Shown: piece after piece, positions 41,838 to 61,546 of the stretch
Position numbering within the stretch: the first letter of the stretch is position 1
Layout of the letters: the number at the start of each line of letters is the position of its first letter
Assembly: GCA_965153355.1 (NCBI GenBank)
Contig: OZ231126.1
Span: 41,788,001-41,852,000, forward strand
Direction of reading: 5' to 3'
Length of the DNA: 64,000 bases
DNA from: Flaccisagitta enflata
Taxonomy: Eukaryota
Translations under genes and position numbers: made by a program
Notes under the pieces: model-generated
The model's database searches: none
The model's input: the letters and a program-made list of their open reading frames with translations, nothing else
Told to the model about the DNA's origin: nothing

Positions 41838-43859
41838 GGATCGAGTTAATTATAGCAGTCTCCTAAAAATTACTAGGAGTGGCACTAGGGGTGGCAGGGG
41901 TGGCACTAGGGGTGGCCTAGGCCACCCTTAGTGCTGTCCCGGCCACTCCTAGTGCTGACTCGGCCACCCCTCCTTAAAACTTAGCCACCCCTCCTCAAAA
42001 CTTGGCCACCCCATCCCTGAGGCCACCCCCCACCCCTAAGGCCACCCTTAGCCCGAAGTGTACTTTACCATTGGCAAAGTATACTTTACCATTGGCAAAG
42101 TGTACTTTACCATTGGCAAAGTGTATTTTACCATTGGCAAAGTGTATTAAATACTAAATAGTACTAAATAGCAAAAAATAGTACTAAGTAATAGTAAATA
42201 CTACAAAACAGTTTAAAATATTACTTATTATTGCAAAATATTACTAGATAGTATAAATTGAAAAAAAAGATAGTAAATAGTACAAAACAATAAAAAATAG
42301 TACTAAATAGTAAAAAATATTAAAAAATTATAAAAAATAATCGAAAATAGTACTAGTAAAATATTACTACATTTAAAAGCTAATATCTTATAAACCAGAC
42401 TTCAGAATTTATTAAAATTTTGCAGGGGCTGTTCAATTAATACCCTTTACTTATATACCAAATTAAAAAAACATTTACATACTTTTACTACCCTCTACCT
42501 ATATAAACCACCGAAGTCCCGGCAAATTTAACTACGAAAATAATAGGCAAAGGGTAGTAAAAGTTTAAGATTTTTGTTGAAAATTGGTACACAAGCTCCT
42601 ATTGACCTAAAAAAAACACAAGCAAAGTTTCATGAAATTCTGAAGTATGGATCCAAAGATATAATGTCTTTAAAAAATTGAGAAGGTCTTTTATTACATT
42701 ACTACATTTATAAGCTAATATCTTATAAACCAAACTTCAGATTTAATTTAAATTTTGCAGGATTTGTTTATTTACTACCTACTACTTGTATACCAAATTA
42801 GAAAAAAATTCACATACTTTTACTACCCTCTACCTATGTAAACCAGTTAAATATTACTACAAAAATAATAGGCAAAGGGTAGTAAAAGTTAACGATTTTT
42901 TTTGAAAATTGGTACACAAGCTCCTATTGACCTAAAAAAAACACAAGCAAAGTTTCATGAAATTCTAAAGTATGGATCCAAAGATATAATGTCTTTAAAA
43001 AATTGAGAAGGTCTTTTATTACATTACTACATTTATAAGCTAATATCTTATAAACCAAACTTCAGATTTAATTTAAATTTTGCAGGATTTGTTTATTTAC
43101 TACCTACTACTTGTATACCAAATTAGAAAAAAATTCACATACTTTTACTACCCTCTACCTATGTAAACCAGTTAAATATTACTACAAAAATAATAGGCAA
43201 AGGGTAGTAAAAGTTAACGATTTTTTTTGAAAATTGGTACACAAGCTCCTATTGACCTAAAAAAAACACAAGCAAAGTTTCATGAAATTCTAAAGTATGG
43301 ATCCAAAGATATAATGTCTTTAAAAAATTGAGAAGGTCTTTTATTACATTACTACATTTATAAGCTAATATCTTATAAACCAGACTTCAGATTTAATAAA
43401 AATTTTGCAGGATTTGTTTATTTACTACCTACTACTTGTATACCAAATAAGAAAAAAATTGACATACTTTTACTACCCTCTACCTATGTAAACCAGCTAA
43501 ATATTACTATAAAAATAATAGGCAAAGGGTAGTAAAAGTTAACGATTTTTGTTGAAAATTGGTACACAAGCTCATGTTGACCTAAAAACAACAGCAGCAA
43601 AGTTTCATGAAATTCTAAAGTATGGATCCAAAGATATAATGTCTTTAATTAGTTGAGAAGGTCTTTTATTACATTACTACATTTATAAACTAATATCTTA
43701 TAAACCAGACTTCAGATTTAATTAAAATTTTGCAGGATTTGTTTATTTACTACCTATTACTTGTATACCAAATTAGAAAAAAATTCACATACTTTTACTA
43801 CCCTCTACCTATGTAAACCAGCTAAATATATAGGGAGACTGCTATAACTAACTTCAGCC
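41838..43859. mobile_element. 2.0-kb Merlin-like (GG termini, 8-bp TSD AAAATTTT) non-autonomous element with internal tandem repeats
   Basis: TIRs GGATCGAGTTAATTATAGCAGTCTCC / GGAGACTGCTATAACTAACTTCAGCC. TSD at 41830-41837 and 43860-43867. A paralogous empty site lies at ~44030-44060. Internal ~325-bp unit x4.5 (42360-43830) and 21-bp unit x4 (42057-42146). Confidence 0.8.
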
Positions 43860-44376
43860 AAAATTTTAGCCACGTGGGTGATCGGGAACCGACGATAAAA
43901 TGGGACCGAAGTTGGCGGGAGCTCGGCGGCGGTCCGCTCGTCAAACCTCTCGATGTTTTTTGATGCTGACGCCGACAATTTTATTCGAGAACGTTGAAAT
44001 TTTTACCAGAAGTCAGTCTAACCACGATGTTGCTCCAGTAAAATTTTCAGCCACGTGGGTGGTCAGGAACCGTCTATTTATTGAGACCGAAGTTGGCGCA
44101 AGTTCAGCGACGATCCTCTTGTTTTCGGTCGGCGTTGACGAGCTGTTTGGGGGTTAATGAAGCGTCTGGGGATGCTTGTCATCGTTGGGGATGTTGTGGA
44201 CGATCGTGGTGAAGTGTTTTCTCGGACGTTTTGGTCGTCAACCGCGCGTGACCCGGCGTACATGCGGGAAGAAAATGATAGGAATGAGCTTTGATTCTTT
44301 TTTCAGCTTGGTGTTTTGTGTACATTCTTTTCCTTTCACTAATAAAGCTTATGTTTCCTTTTCTCTGTTTGTCTGT

Positions 44377-44379
<3 letters not shown>

Positions 44380-44454
<75 letters not shown>

Positions 44455-44517
44455 ATTTCTTTCTCTCTATTTCTCTCTCTCATTCTTTCTCTTTCTCTAT
44501 CTCTATTTCTCTCTCTT

Positions 44518-44584
<67 letters not shown>

Positions 44585-44653
44585 CTCTCTATTTCTCTCT
44601 CTCATTCTTTCTCTTTCTATATCTCTATTTCTCTCTCTTTATTTCTCTCTCTT

Positions 44654-44740
<87 letters not shown>

Positions 44741-44795
44741 TTCTCTCTCTCTTATTCTCTGTTTTTCGATTTCTCTATTTCTTTCTCTCTCTCTC

Positions 44796-44890
<95 letters not shown>
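44380..44890. repeat. Compound (CT)n tract, representative of many (AG)n, (GAA)n, (TTTC)n, (AAC)n and (GACA)n microsatellites across the window
   Basis: Directly visible. Confidence 0.97.
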
Positions 44891-44893
<3 letters not shown>

Positions 44894-46803
44894 TGTGATA
44901 AGGGTTGGTGAGCTTGCACCAAACCCCCCGTTTGGCCGATCTCCACGGCCCTAGGCTGGCTCGGTGGTCGCCCACAGCAGCCTCTCACACTGGCCCAGAA
45001 TGAACACCTATCAAAGAGAATTACTTATCTCAACATTCACCACCCCAAACCACCCCTAATTACCATCTGGGAGAAGCCAAGCTGTGGGACTCCTGTTGGT
45101 GCTGAAGTCGTTGAGGCGGCGATGTCCCCGACAAGCTGCTTGGGCGCAAAGTCAAGTGGAAGGTTGCGATGTTGACGGCGGCGTTGGCTCAATGCACGCT
45201 TTTTTTTTTTTATTTTATTTAATCTGTGAAAAAGAAAGAAAATTATTCAGTGTAGTTAATGCAATCTGGGCAGCATGCCCGCCACACCCGCGAACAAAGT
45301 TTATTGCACAATTTTTTTTAAGCAAAGGTTGATATTTCATTTGCGGCGCAGCAGTACGCTGGGCCGTGCTGCGCTGCTGCGCTGCTGCGCTGTGCTGCTG
45401 TTTGGGGCGAGCAATTTCCGTTGTTCAATAAAAGACCATCCTTGTTCCTTCTGCACTAAAATAAAATAGCTCGGTAGATGTCTGCTTTGCATTCATCTCA
45501 GTCTAAAAGCAATTGTTTTCCTGGCCCAGGATCAAAACAAACCCGGTTGCTAAAGCGTGTTACCGTCATTAAGTGAATTCTTCATTTGAATCTGAATCGC
45601 TCGTCTTCGCCTGTCTAGAGGAATTTACTGATTCAACTTTTTAAGATGGCTGGCCGGAAGGGAGTGATCGCGTTGCTATGTTTTAAAAAAATATTACAAT
45701 CAAATTTTACAACATTAGAAAGCCTAGCGTTTAAGCTTTCCTCTGTTCTACTTATTTTTCCAATACTCATAACATTTTGGATGTAGCGATAAAAAGAAGA
45801 AACATAGTTAATGATTTCATGAGCGCTCAAGCGTGAAATACGAGGTCTGAAAACAAACGTGATCGTGACATTTTTCTCTAAGTGGCGGAAATTGTCGTGA
45901 CCTTTTTTACCCAAACTTTGAAAGCTGATATCTCCTGAACGGATCGACCGATTGACTTGATTTTTTTTATGGTAACATCATATGACCTTGTCTACTCATG
46001 TGTGAAATTTCAGAAAATTTCAGGTAGTGCAACCACCCGAACCAGCCTACCTACCCAAAAATTTCAAATTAGCGTAGCTACGAAATTTTTTGAAATTTTG
46101 CATGAACAACCATCCAATCCCTGGACAAATCCTGAGTAAGTTGTACGGCGATCACGTAATTACTTTGGCCGTAATCGCATAAAAAATAGTTGAGGACGAA
46201 CTGATGTAAAAGGATAGCCGCTTTCGTGGGAAAATATCAAGCTACCTATCATAATCTTTCCAGTTCCATGAAGTTTAGATAAAATAGCTTGGAGCTAGCA
46301 ATTCACTTTTGTTCTGCTCTTCTATCTTGACAAGAAAAAAGAAAAAAAATTATAAATTTGCTCAGTCGATTCCCCTTCTCGGATCAGTTCACAGTAAACG
46401 ACTCTAGAAGCCTGCGCTTGTTTTACGGCAAATTCACTGTTATGTCCTTGATTGTGATCGAACAAAAGAACAATAGGGCAAGTGAGAAAAATTACAAGTG
46501 TTTAGACTGAATAACAGTTATATTCTGAAAAACTTTTACCGACCGGCCGGCCAAAAAAAAAAATTAAAGTTTCTTCAATAAAACTGTTATACATGAGGAA
46601 ACTTTAACTTTGAAAAAATAACCTTTTTTTTTTCAGTCTTTTTCGCCAATATAATAAATATATAATTGAAAAACTCTGTTTTTTTTCTCGGAAGCATTTT
46701 TTTTATGTTTTTTGCCAATTATAATACTTATATATTCTGTACATTAAAAAAAAATTTTTTAGCCAGTCTTTTTGTTACTATAATTGTTATATATGTACAC
46801 GAA

Positions 46804-46834
<31 letters not shown>

Positions 46835-47226
46835 CTCTACACATGCACTGCAAGCCAAACTGAAACTTTCCCAGTGGTAAAAAAGGCCGCACAACCTTTT
46901 AAGAGAAAAGTAGTGGTCGTGCTGTTTGTGTAATTGTTATATTTTTTTTAATTGGCTTTTATTATTCGAAAACAATTGATTTTTCGACTCCAATAACCTC
47001 CTCTATGTCATTCCCGTTGTTGCTATGATTCTGCGCTTGTTTTTTTTTAGTTGTTTTCGGAAGTGCTGGTATATTTCAGTATATTTCAGTATATTTCAGT
47101 ATATTTCGGGTGAAAATCGCTTTGCGGATGAATATAATAAATATACAAAATCGCAAGTATAATAATCGACCCACTAGATATAATTTTCATAATAATTATT
47201 ATATTTCGAAATTTTTTTTATGAGTG

Positions 47227-49050
47227 TGTAAACGTTTATGAAAACAAATTCATGGTACCAAATAAACGATTTTTGTTTACTTGGAACAGAAATTGGGGGC
47301 AAAAAAAACGATTTTGGATGAGGAGGAGGAGGGGGGGAGGAGGAAGAGGAGAGAAATATGTAAATCTGTTTATGAGATCAAATTTATGGTACCAAATAAA
47401 CAAAGTCGTTTATGAGAATCATATTTTTGGTGTTTATAAACACAAAAACTTCTAAAGGAGTGAAAACGTTTATAAAAACAAATTTATGGTGCCAAATAAA
47501 CAATTTTTTGTTTATTTGGAAAGGAAATTGGGAGAAAAAAAACGATTTTGGATGAGGAGGAGGAGGAGGGGGAGGAGGAGGAGAGAAATATAAAAATCTG
47601 TTTATTAGATCAAATTTATGGTACCAAATAAACAAATTCATTTATGAGGTTCATATTTTTTGTGTTTATAAACACAAAAATTTCTGAAAGAGTGTAAACG
47701 TTTATGAAAACCAATTTATGGTACCAAATAAACGATTTTTGTTTATTTGGAACAGAAATTGGGGGCAAATAAACGATTTTGGATGAGGAAGAGGAGGAGG
47801 AGGAGGAGGAAGAGAAGAGAAATATGAAAATCTGTTTATGAGATCAAATTTATGGTACCAAATAAACAAATTTGTTTATGAGGTTCATATTTTTGGTGTT
47901 TATAAACACAAAAATTTCTAAAAGAGTGTAAACGTTTATGAAAACAAATTTATGGTACCAAATAAACGATTTTCATTTATTTGGAACAGAAATTGGGGGC
48001 AAATAAACGATTTTGGATGGGGAGGAGGAGGAGGAGGAGGAAGAGGAAATATAAATCTGTTTATGAGATCAAATTTATGGTACCAAATAAACAAATTCGT
48101 TTGAGAGTTCATATTTTTGTTTATAAACACAAAAACTTCTAAAAAAGTGTAAACGTTTATGAAAACCAATTTATGGTACCAAATAAACAATTTTTTGTTT
48201 ATTTGGAACAGAAATTGAGGGCAAATAAACGATTTTGGATGAGGAGGAGGAGGAGGAGGAGGAAGAGGAGAGAAATATGAAAATCTGTTTATGAGATCAA
48301 ATTTATGGTACCAAATAAACAAATTCGTTTATGAGGTTCATATTTTTGGTGTTTATAAACACAAAAATTTCTAAAAGAGTGTAAACGTTTATAAAAACCA
48401 ATTTATGGTACCAAATAAACGATTTTTGTTTATTTGGATTGAAAATTGGGAGCAAATAAACGATTTTGGATGAGGAGGAGGGGGGAGGAGGAGGAGGAGG
48501 AGAGAAATATGATTATCTGTTTATAGGATCAAATTTATGGTACCAAATAAACAAATTCGTTTATGAGATTCATATTTTTTGTGCTTATAAACACAAAAAG
48601 TTCTAAAAGAGTGTAAACGTTTATAAAAACAAATTTATGGTGCCAAATAAATGATTTTTGTTTATTTGCAAATGAAATTGAGAGCAAATAAACATTTGTT
48701 TATATACAAAAGAAATTGGGGGCAAATAAACGATTTATGAATGAGGAGGAGGAGGGAGGAGGAGGAGGAGGAGGAGGAGGAGGAGGAGGAGGAGGAGGAT
48801 GAGGAGGAGGTGGAAAATATGGAGTTATGCAATTTTTGTGGTTATAGGGGGTCTAAGGGGGAAATATACGATTTTTTTTTATTTTTTGTTTATCAATACA
48901 AAAAATTTAGCGTTTACAAACACTTACTTTTTGTTGTTTATAAACAACAATATTATTGTGTTTATAAACGATCAATTATGGGCTCTTTTTAACGATTTTT
49001 GGGGTAAAAAAAAACAGTAGCAACCTTCAAAATTTTGATTTTGCTAATAG
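47227..49050 (-). repeat. Right-arm tandem array, outer part, plus unique arm sequence
   Basis: Resumes the TGTAAACGTTTATG register after the CACT element. 48820-49050 is the reverse complement of ~3477-3710. Confidence 0.92.
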
Positions 49051-50108
49051 TAGTAAGGGGACACCTAATTTAAATATCATGATTACCATTAATTTTTTGG
49101 TCAATTCACACTTATATACACTTAATAAGATGATTTAGGTCGATCGCTACCTTCAGATTGCACTTTTGAGCACAATAAGCCTGCAAAAATGATGCTAGAT
49201 TTGCCTCAAAATAATCGTTGATGACATGTCTTCACGTTTTAGGCCATATCTCCTACATTTTTTAAGATAAATATAAAAAATTGGTGACCAAAATGAAGAG
49301 TTTTTTCAGACGAATCGACTGGTACCTTTGGCGCGAATATTGGTCCAACCGTTCAGAAGTTATTTCTTTGTAAAGGCTAAAAAAGAAATGTAAATCATTC
49401 AAAATGGGCAAATATTGCAATTTTCAGTACACAATCGATGATTAGTTGCGGTTTTTTAGGCCAACTGCTTAAACATGACCACCGCCAAAGAAGGTATGGT
49501 ACCGAGAGCAGTTTGTCACAAAAAACTGGATCAGATATACCTAAAAACAGGTAAAAACTAAGCAAAAATGGACAAATACTGCATTTCCAAATAAATAAGC
49601 CTTGCTTGGTTGATTTTTTTTTTTTTTTTGGCTTATATAAATTGGCCAACTGAGATCAAACAAAACCACATTGAATTTTCTATTCAATTCAACATCAAAT
49701 TGGGCCTAAAACAGGTCAAAACTTAGTCAAAATGGGCAAAATCCGAATTTCTATGTGAAAACTGCGTTCAGTGTTCAAACTGTTCTTGAATTCATCAAGC
49801 ATCGGTTGGGTCCTGTAAAATTGCATTGAATTCATTATGGACGGCTTCAATTCAAACAAGGCTGGATACACGGCTGCCCAGTCGCGTGCGGGTGGGCACT
49901 GGACAGGGACCATTTTTTAGGTCACTTGATCACTTGAGAAAGTGCTTTGAGGCCAAAGACCACAAACCCCCCAAAACAGTAAAGTGTGATGGACGGACGT
50001 ACTGATGGACCAACAAACAGGGGGTAGAGACTAGAGTTGCGTAGTACGCGACTAAAAATGTGACGGACCGATGGACGGATTTAGCGACGGACTGATGGAC
50101 TGAGAGTT

Positions 50109-50155
<47 letters not shown>

Positions 50156-50220
50156 CTCCTGACCAATCAAATCGCCCAGAAACGAACAAGCTTGTCCCGA
50201 GTTCAATTCCTACAAAAAGC

Positions 50221-50310
<90 letters not shown>

Positions 50311-50454
50311 GCGTATGTTTGTGCGCACGCACATTGGTACATGTTTGTGTGTGTGTAAAGGAAGCTAGGCCGGATTCACGGGAATTTTGCCTCTTCCAGA
50401 GATTTCTATGGAAACTTCATGGTCACTCTAACAATGGTTCCCGATTGATTTGAA

Positions 50455-50500
<46 letters not shown>

Positions 50501-52468
50501 ACCGTGGAGAGAAATTACAGGCCCCACTTCTGGCCCACATGGCCGGGCCCCCCTCCCCCCTTTCCATGTTTCCCCCCCCCCCTTCTCTCATTTTCAATAC
50601 TTTCAATTTTGGCTTTGAATAGTTCTCAAACTTCTGCCTTCAAAACTTGCAAGTTAGTATCGATGTTTGCTTAATTCTTTTCATTTCATGAAACAAAACA
50701 AGACCGGATACACGGCAATCCAGTCGCGGACAGTTGGGCAGGAGCAGTAATGCGAAAACCACTCAGTATTCAAAAATGTGACGGACCTACCGACCGACAC
50801 GGCACGAGTAAAAATCGGTTAAACACCTATTCCAGATTTAAAATCTTGGTGGAAGAAGTTTGAGTACTGTATGGCAAAGACTATTGAAAATACAAAACAT
50901 TTTAAAAATATTGTCATTAGAAATTGTCTTGTCATCTTTACAGGAGCCCAGATTTGATTATATCATACTTTATTTAAAAAAAGGTTAGATCATATCAATA
51001 AGCTGATCTGATTTGATCTAATACTTAATAGGCCCCTACTTGCAAAGTTAACGAGGCCTAAGCATGAATGCAACCATAATCACTCAACTCTGTTTATCTT
51101 TCTCCTTTTTCTCCTCTTTTTTTTCCTTGATTTTCTTTGTTTTTGTTTTTGTTTTTTTTTATTTGTCTTCTTTTTTTTTCTCAGAGGGGGGTGGACCCTC
51201 CTCTCCACGGCCCTAACTGCGGAAATTGCGTTTTTTAAACTTTTTTTTGTGTCGTTCTTCCTTCATTGTCGTTATCACTTTCTTCGTCATCGTCTTTATC
51301 TCGGTCATCATGTTCTCTTATTGCTGTCTATCCATTTGTTTTAAGCGCAAACTTTGATCGACTCATTCTTTCCCTCTTGCTTTCGCTCTCACCTTCGTTC
51401 TCGCGTCCGTGAACTGGCGTTTGCTCTCGCATTTGCTCCCACGTTTGCTATCGCGTTTGCTATCGCATTCGCTCTCGAGTTTGCTCTCGCGTTTGCTCTC
51501 GCATTTGCTCTCGCGTTTGCTCTCGCATTGCTCTCGCGTTTGCTCTCGCGTTTGCTCTCGCATTTGCTCTTGCATTTGCTCTTTCGTTTGCTCTCGCGTT
51601 GGCTCTTGCATTTGTTTTCGCATACGCTCTTGTATTCTCTCTTGCTCTCTCTTACTCTCGCTTTTGCCCTTTCTTCTATTATTTTCTTTTGTAATTTTTA
51701 AATTATAATCTATTCATACTTATCAAGGGGCATCAAGATGATTTTTTGATGGTGTTAGCCCTATGTCCTTGTCTTTACAATGGTGTAATACTTATGAAGA
51801 ATTCCGATGCAAAACCGGCCATGCGAGCTTTACATCAAGAAACTGATTTTTTAAAAATAAATCTTTATTTTTTTAGATTTGACTTTACATATATGCATAA
51901 TCATGTTTATTACGTCAAGAGCTTTCGAACGATATGCTACACTATATATTTTGTTGGAAAAGCAAACAATTCATCAATTATTTAGTTTTCGGCTTGACTT
52001 TCTCTATCGACTACAGCGCGTAAACCTTATCGCGCGCAAGAAAATCAACCACCGCGAAGCAGCCATTTTTAATGAAACAAAGTTAACAAATGCACGCATG
52101 GTACGAGGTGAGCGCATTGACCGATTTGGATGAAATTTGAGATATAGGCCCTTCTCGGTCTACTCTTTCATATATGTCTGAACTTTGCGAAGCGAAGGAC
52201 AATGAGATCCCTTCCCATTCCATCGAAGTTGAGGTGTATTTTGATAGTTTCCCTGGATCGCATTGACCAGTTTTCTCCCGGTTTTTTAAGATTTTCTGAT
52301 GCTACATGATGTAATCTGACATGCATAAGCATATTTCGTGTTGATATTAGCTCATTTATTGAAAATCATAAAATTTTATCGCATAATCAAGCTGTCATCT
52401 GCGCAGAAAATTTGCGTTTTTCAACGAATATTTTACGCGACCTGGCTAAGCGTCGTGACCGGTCGCTA
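49051..52468. mobile_element. 3.4-kb composite insertion in the right arm, flanked by CTAATAG on both sides
   Basis: The left arm reads uninterrupted across this site (3470-3500). In the right arm CTAATAG occurs at 49044-49050 and 52469-52475. A 3' hairpin GCGACC..GGTCGC lies at 52437-52466. Confidence 0.6.
51420..51615. repeat. 12-bp minisatellite (TTTGCTCTCGC[GA])n
   Basis: Directly visible tandem array. Confidence 0.95.
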
Positions 52469-52882
52469 CTAATAGAACATTTTCTAGTGTGGACATTTTC
52501 AGTTTGTACTGATCAGGTCAAACAATAACAACGTTTTTTACTGCCATTTAAACAATTTTCGTTTATTTGACTTGCATTTTTAATGTTTATAAACAGTTGT
52601 ATAGCATTGTTTATAAACGGCGTTTATTTGGCGTTTATAAACACCCCTGATATCGAGCACGTAATACCTGAAACCCGTCTGATATGATTACAAATTTTTG
52701 GTTCCTTCATGCGTTACTGTTAATTTTCTATATTGGCAATGATAGAAATCTGGATATAACAATTGAATTTTGTTGGTCCCTTGACTTCCGTTATTGCGAG
52801 TTTGGGTCTAAGTTGTTACATTGTCCAACATTCATAGGCGGATATGACGCATCATTTGAGGTCCAATACGGCTCATTTACAT

Positions 52883-53053
52883 TCTTAGTTGCGGACACGC
52901 AACTCTATAAGAGGCTTTGTCCGTCCGTCCGTCCGTCCGTCCGTCCGTCCGTCCGTCCGTCCGTCCGTAACCATCGAGTCGAAAAGTGGGAAAACGCGCA
53001 TATCCGCCCCTGCCCACCCGTCCGCAACTGATGGCCGTGTATTCGGCCTTGTT
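52883..53053 (+). mobile_element. HINE family B (AGTTGCGGACACGCAACT; near-identical copies at 17231-17397 and 7937-8103 minus)
   Basis: Same architecture as family A: subterminal inverted repeat, (CCGT)n and 3' GGCCGTGTAT..GGCC hairpin. Confidence 0.8.
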
Positions 53054-53288
53054 TCTAATGGTGTATCTATATTGCACTGATGAGCCAAGCCAATCCAATC
53101 CAATCAAAATCGCTATATTAAGAATGATACAAAATGCAAAATGCCCCGATAGTCGGCAAATCAGATCGGATGATGCATGGACTGGTAAGGGACCAACCGA
53201 CAAACCTGCACATAAACTGAAAATTGGCTTAAAGAGTTGTGCGCATGCGACTAAAAATCGTTTCATCAAACCAATTTCTCATTTCACG

Positions 53289-53392
<104 letters not shown>

Positions 53393-53488
53393 GTTTACGA
53401 TCATTGCTGAGGACGACTCGAGTTAAGAAAAAGGAGGTGGTTTGAACATTGCAGGATATGATCATGGGTTATTTCAACTTTTGAAATC

Positions 53489-53910
53489 TCATTTGCATAA
53501 TGCATAATTCAAGAAAAAATAACACCCAGAGTAAATCCCTGCCGCAGTTGACGTGAAGACATGCTGATGCAAATTATATTATCAAAAAATGCCGATAATC
53601 ACAACTCGGAGAGAGAAAGAAGGTGATTGATTTGAGCATACTGATCTCTTGAACGTGATGTGTGACTCAGAATGATTGTGTATTTAGCTTTAAATATATA
53701 AGAAAGAATCTCAGACGTACCCCGCAGTGATCGCATGAGTATACTTCGTTGCTTGACTCAATTTTAAAGGAGACTTCAGACGGGTTATATTTATCGTCTA
53801 GAAAGTGGTCTCTGACATCCGTAGTAGTTCGAATAGAGGCCCGAGGTAACCTTTGCGATGCAGGGTCATTCCTCTCAAATGGCGTGCAAAAATTACCCTC
53901 AGTGAACGTT
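53489..53910 (-). CDS. Two further in-phase candidate exons (53910-53721, 53563-53489) continuing the SLC6 frame with non-SLC6 sequence ending ...YSCDHCG/HVFTSTAAGIYSGCYFFLNYALCK*
   Basis: 39-nt GTAAGT..TTTAG intron (53949-53911), then an open 190-nt exon ending GGG|GTACGT, then a catcAG acceptor and a stop at 53489-53491. No recognisable SLC6 TM10-12. Confidence 0.4.
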
Positions 53911-53949
53911 CTAAAGTTGCCAAGTTTTATTCATCGAATTGAAACTTAC

Positions 53950-59982
<6,033 letters not shown>

Positions 59983-60745
59983 GTTAACTTTGATTTGTTT
60001 TCGTTTTTAATGATGATGTTATTTCTTCGGGATAACAACCACCTTTTTATTGCTTAGCCTTCAGGCTGGAGCAGGTGCATCTTAGTACGAGGTAAAAGAA
60101 ATGAAGCGTCGCGTCGGTGGTTTTCGATTTTATCCCTTAGATAATATAGTAACATCTGTTTAGCAAGTATCTTTACTACAACACCACAAGTTGGACTTTA
60201 AAAAGTATACTGTTGTTAAGCCTAATAACTTAAAACTTTTATTGTGGTAGCGCATATGCAATAAGACACTTCAGCTTAAACACAATCTTTCTAGGCCAAC
60301 CAGAAATGCTATGATTTTCAAATTTGATAATTGATGTTGCATTTTCGATGTTTGGCGAACAGGTGTCATTCCATAGAACATTCATTGCAACCAATTTCCA
60401 TCCATCCCAGCTCATGAGAAAATTCGAGAAATAAGAAGCCGTAGTTCATGGACGTGATGAAAATAAAATTGAGGAAGAAAACGCTCAACACAATTTACTG
60501 AGAGAAAACGAAAGAGATTGTTAAGAAAAAGTATTTCCCCATCCTTTTTTTCTCGCTATGAGGATTTGAAACGCTGACTTCGGGGGTCAGACAAATCATC
60601 TGCCAGAAAATCAATCCCGATTTTTTTTCTCACACACCGAAATCCCCAACCACCCTGAAGTGAGAATCTCTCTCTCTCTTTCTCTTTCTTTTCCTCTTTC
60701 TCTTGCTCTTTCTCTTTCTCTTTCTCTTTCTCTTTCTCTTTCTCT

Positions 60746-60793
<48 letters not shown>

Positions 60794-60846
60794 TTTTTCC
60801 ATTTACCCCCTCTACCCCAAGAATCTCATTTACATCAGGGGGGGAG

Positions 60847-60995
<149 letters not shown>

Positions 60996-61381
60996 AAGAC
61001 AGAAAGAATAGAGAAGAGCGAAAGAGAAAGACACAGGCTGACAGACAGACAGACAGACAGACAGAAAGACAGACAGACAGACAATCAGACAGAAAGACAG
61101 ACAGACAGAGGAACGACAGAGGAAAAAACAGCCAGTGGGAAAGGTAGAAGATAATAGAAATAAAAAGATAAGAAATAAAAGTGTCAAACGGTAATACAAG
61201 AGAGATAGGACATACTGATAGGCAGAAAGGCGGACAGACTGGGAAACACACAGAAAAAAAGTCAGTGATTGAACTGAAAAATCATGGGGCAAATTCTGTT
61301 TTGTGGGACGCGGGCCAAAAAATCTCTAGAAACATAGCCAATTCATTGGCGCAAGGAAAAGGGGAGTGGGTGTAACAGGCA

Positions 61382-61481
<100 letters not shown>

Positions 61482-61492
61482 AACAGACAGGT

Positions 61493-61546
<54 letters not shown>

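Larger units (their letters stand above)
36509..47226. mobile_element. 10.7-kb CMC/EnSpm (CACTA-like) non-autonomous element, 2-bp TSD (TG)
   Basis: Termini CACTCATAAAAAAAATTT ... AAATTTTTTTTATGAGTG. Imperfect ~70-bp TIR including TATATCTAGTGGGTCGATTATTATACTTG. Inverted subterminal (AATATACTGA)n at 36620-36655 and 47070-47110. The host satellite AAGGAGTGTAAACG is split with TG duplicated. Confidence 0.85.
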
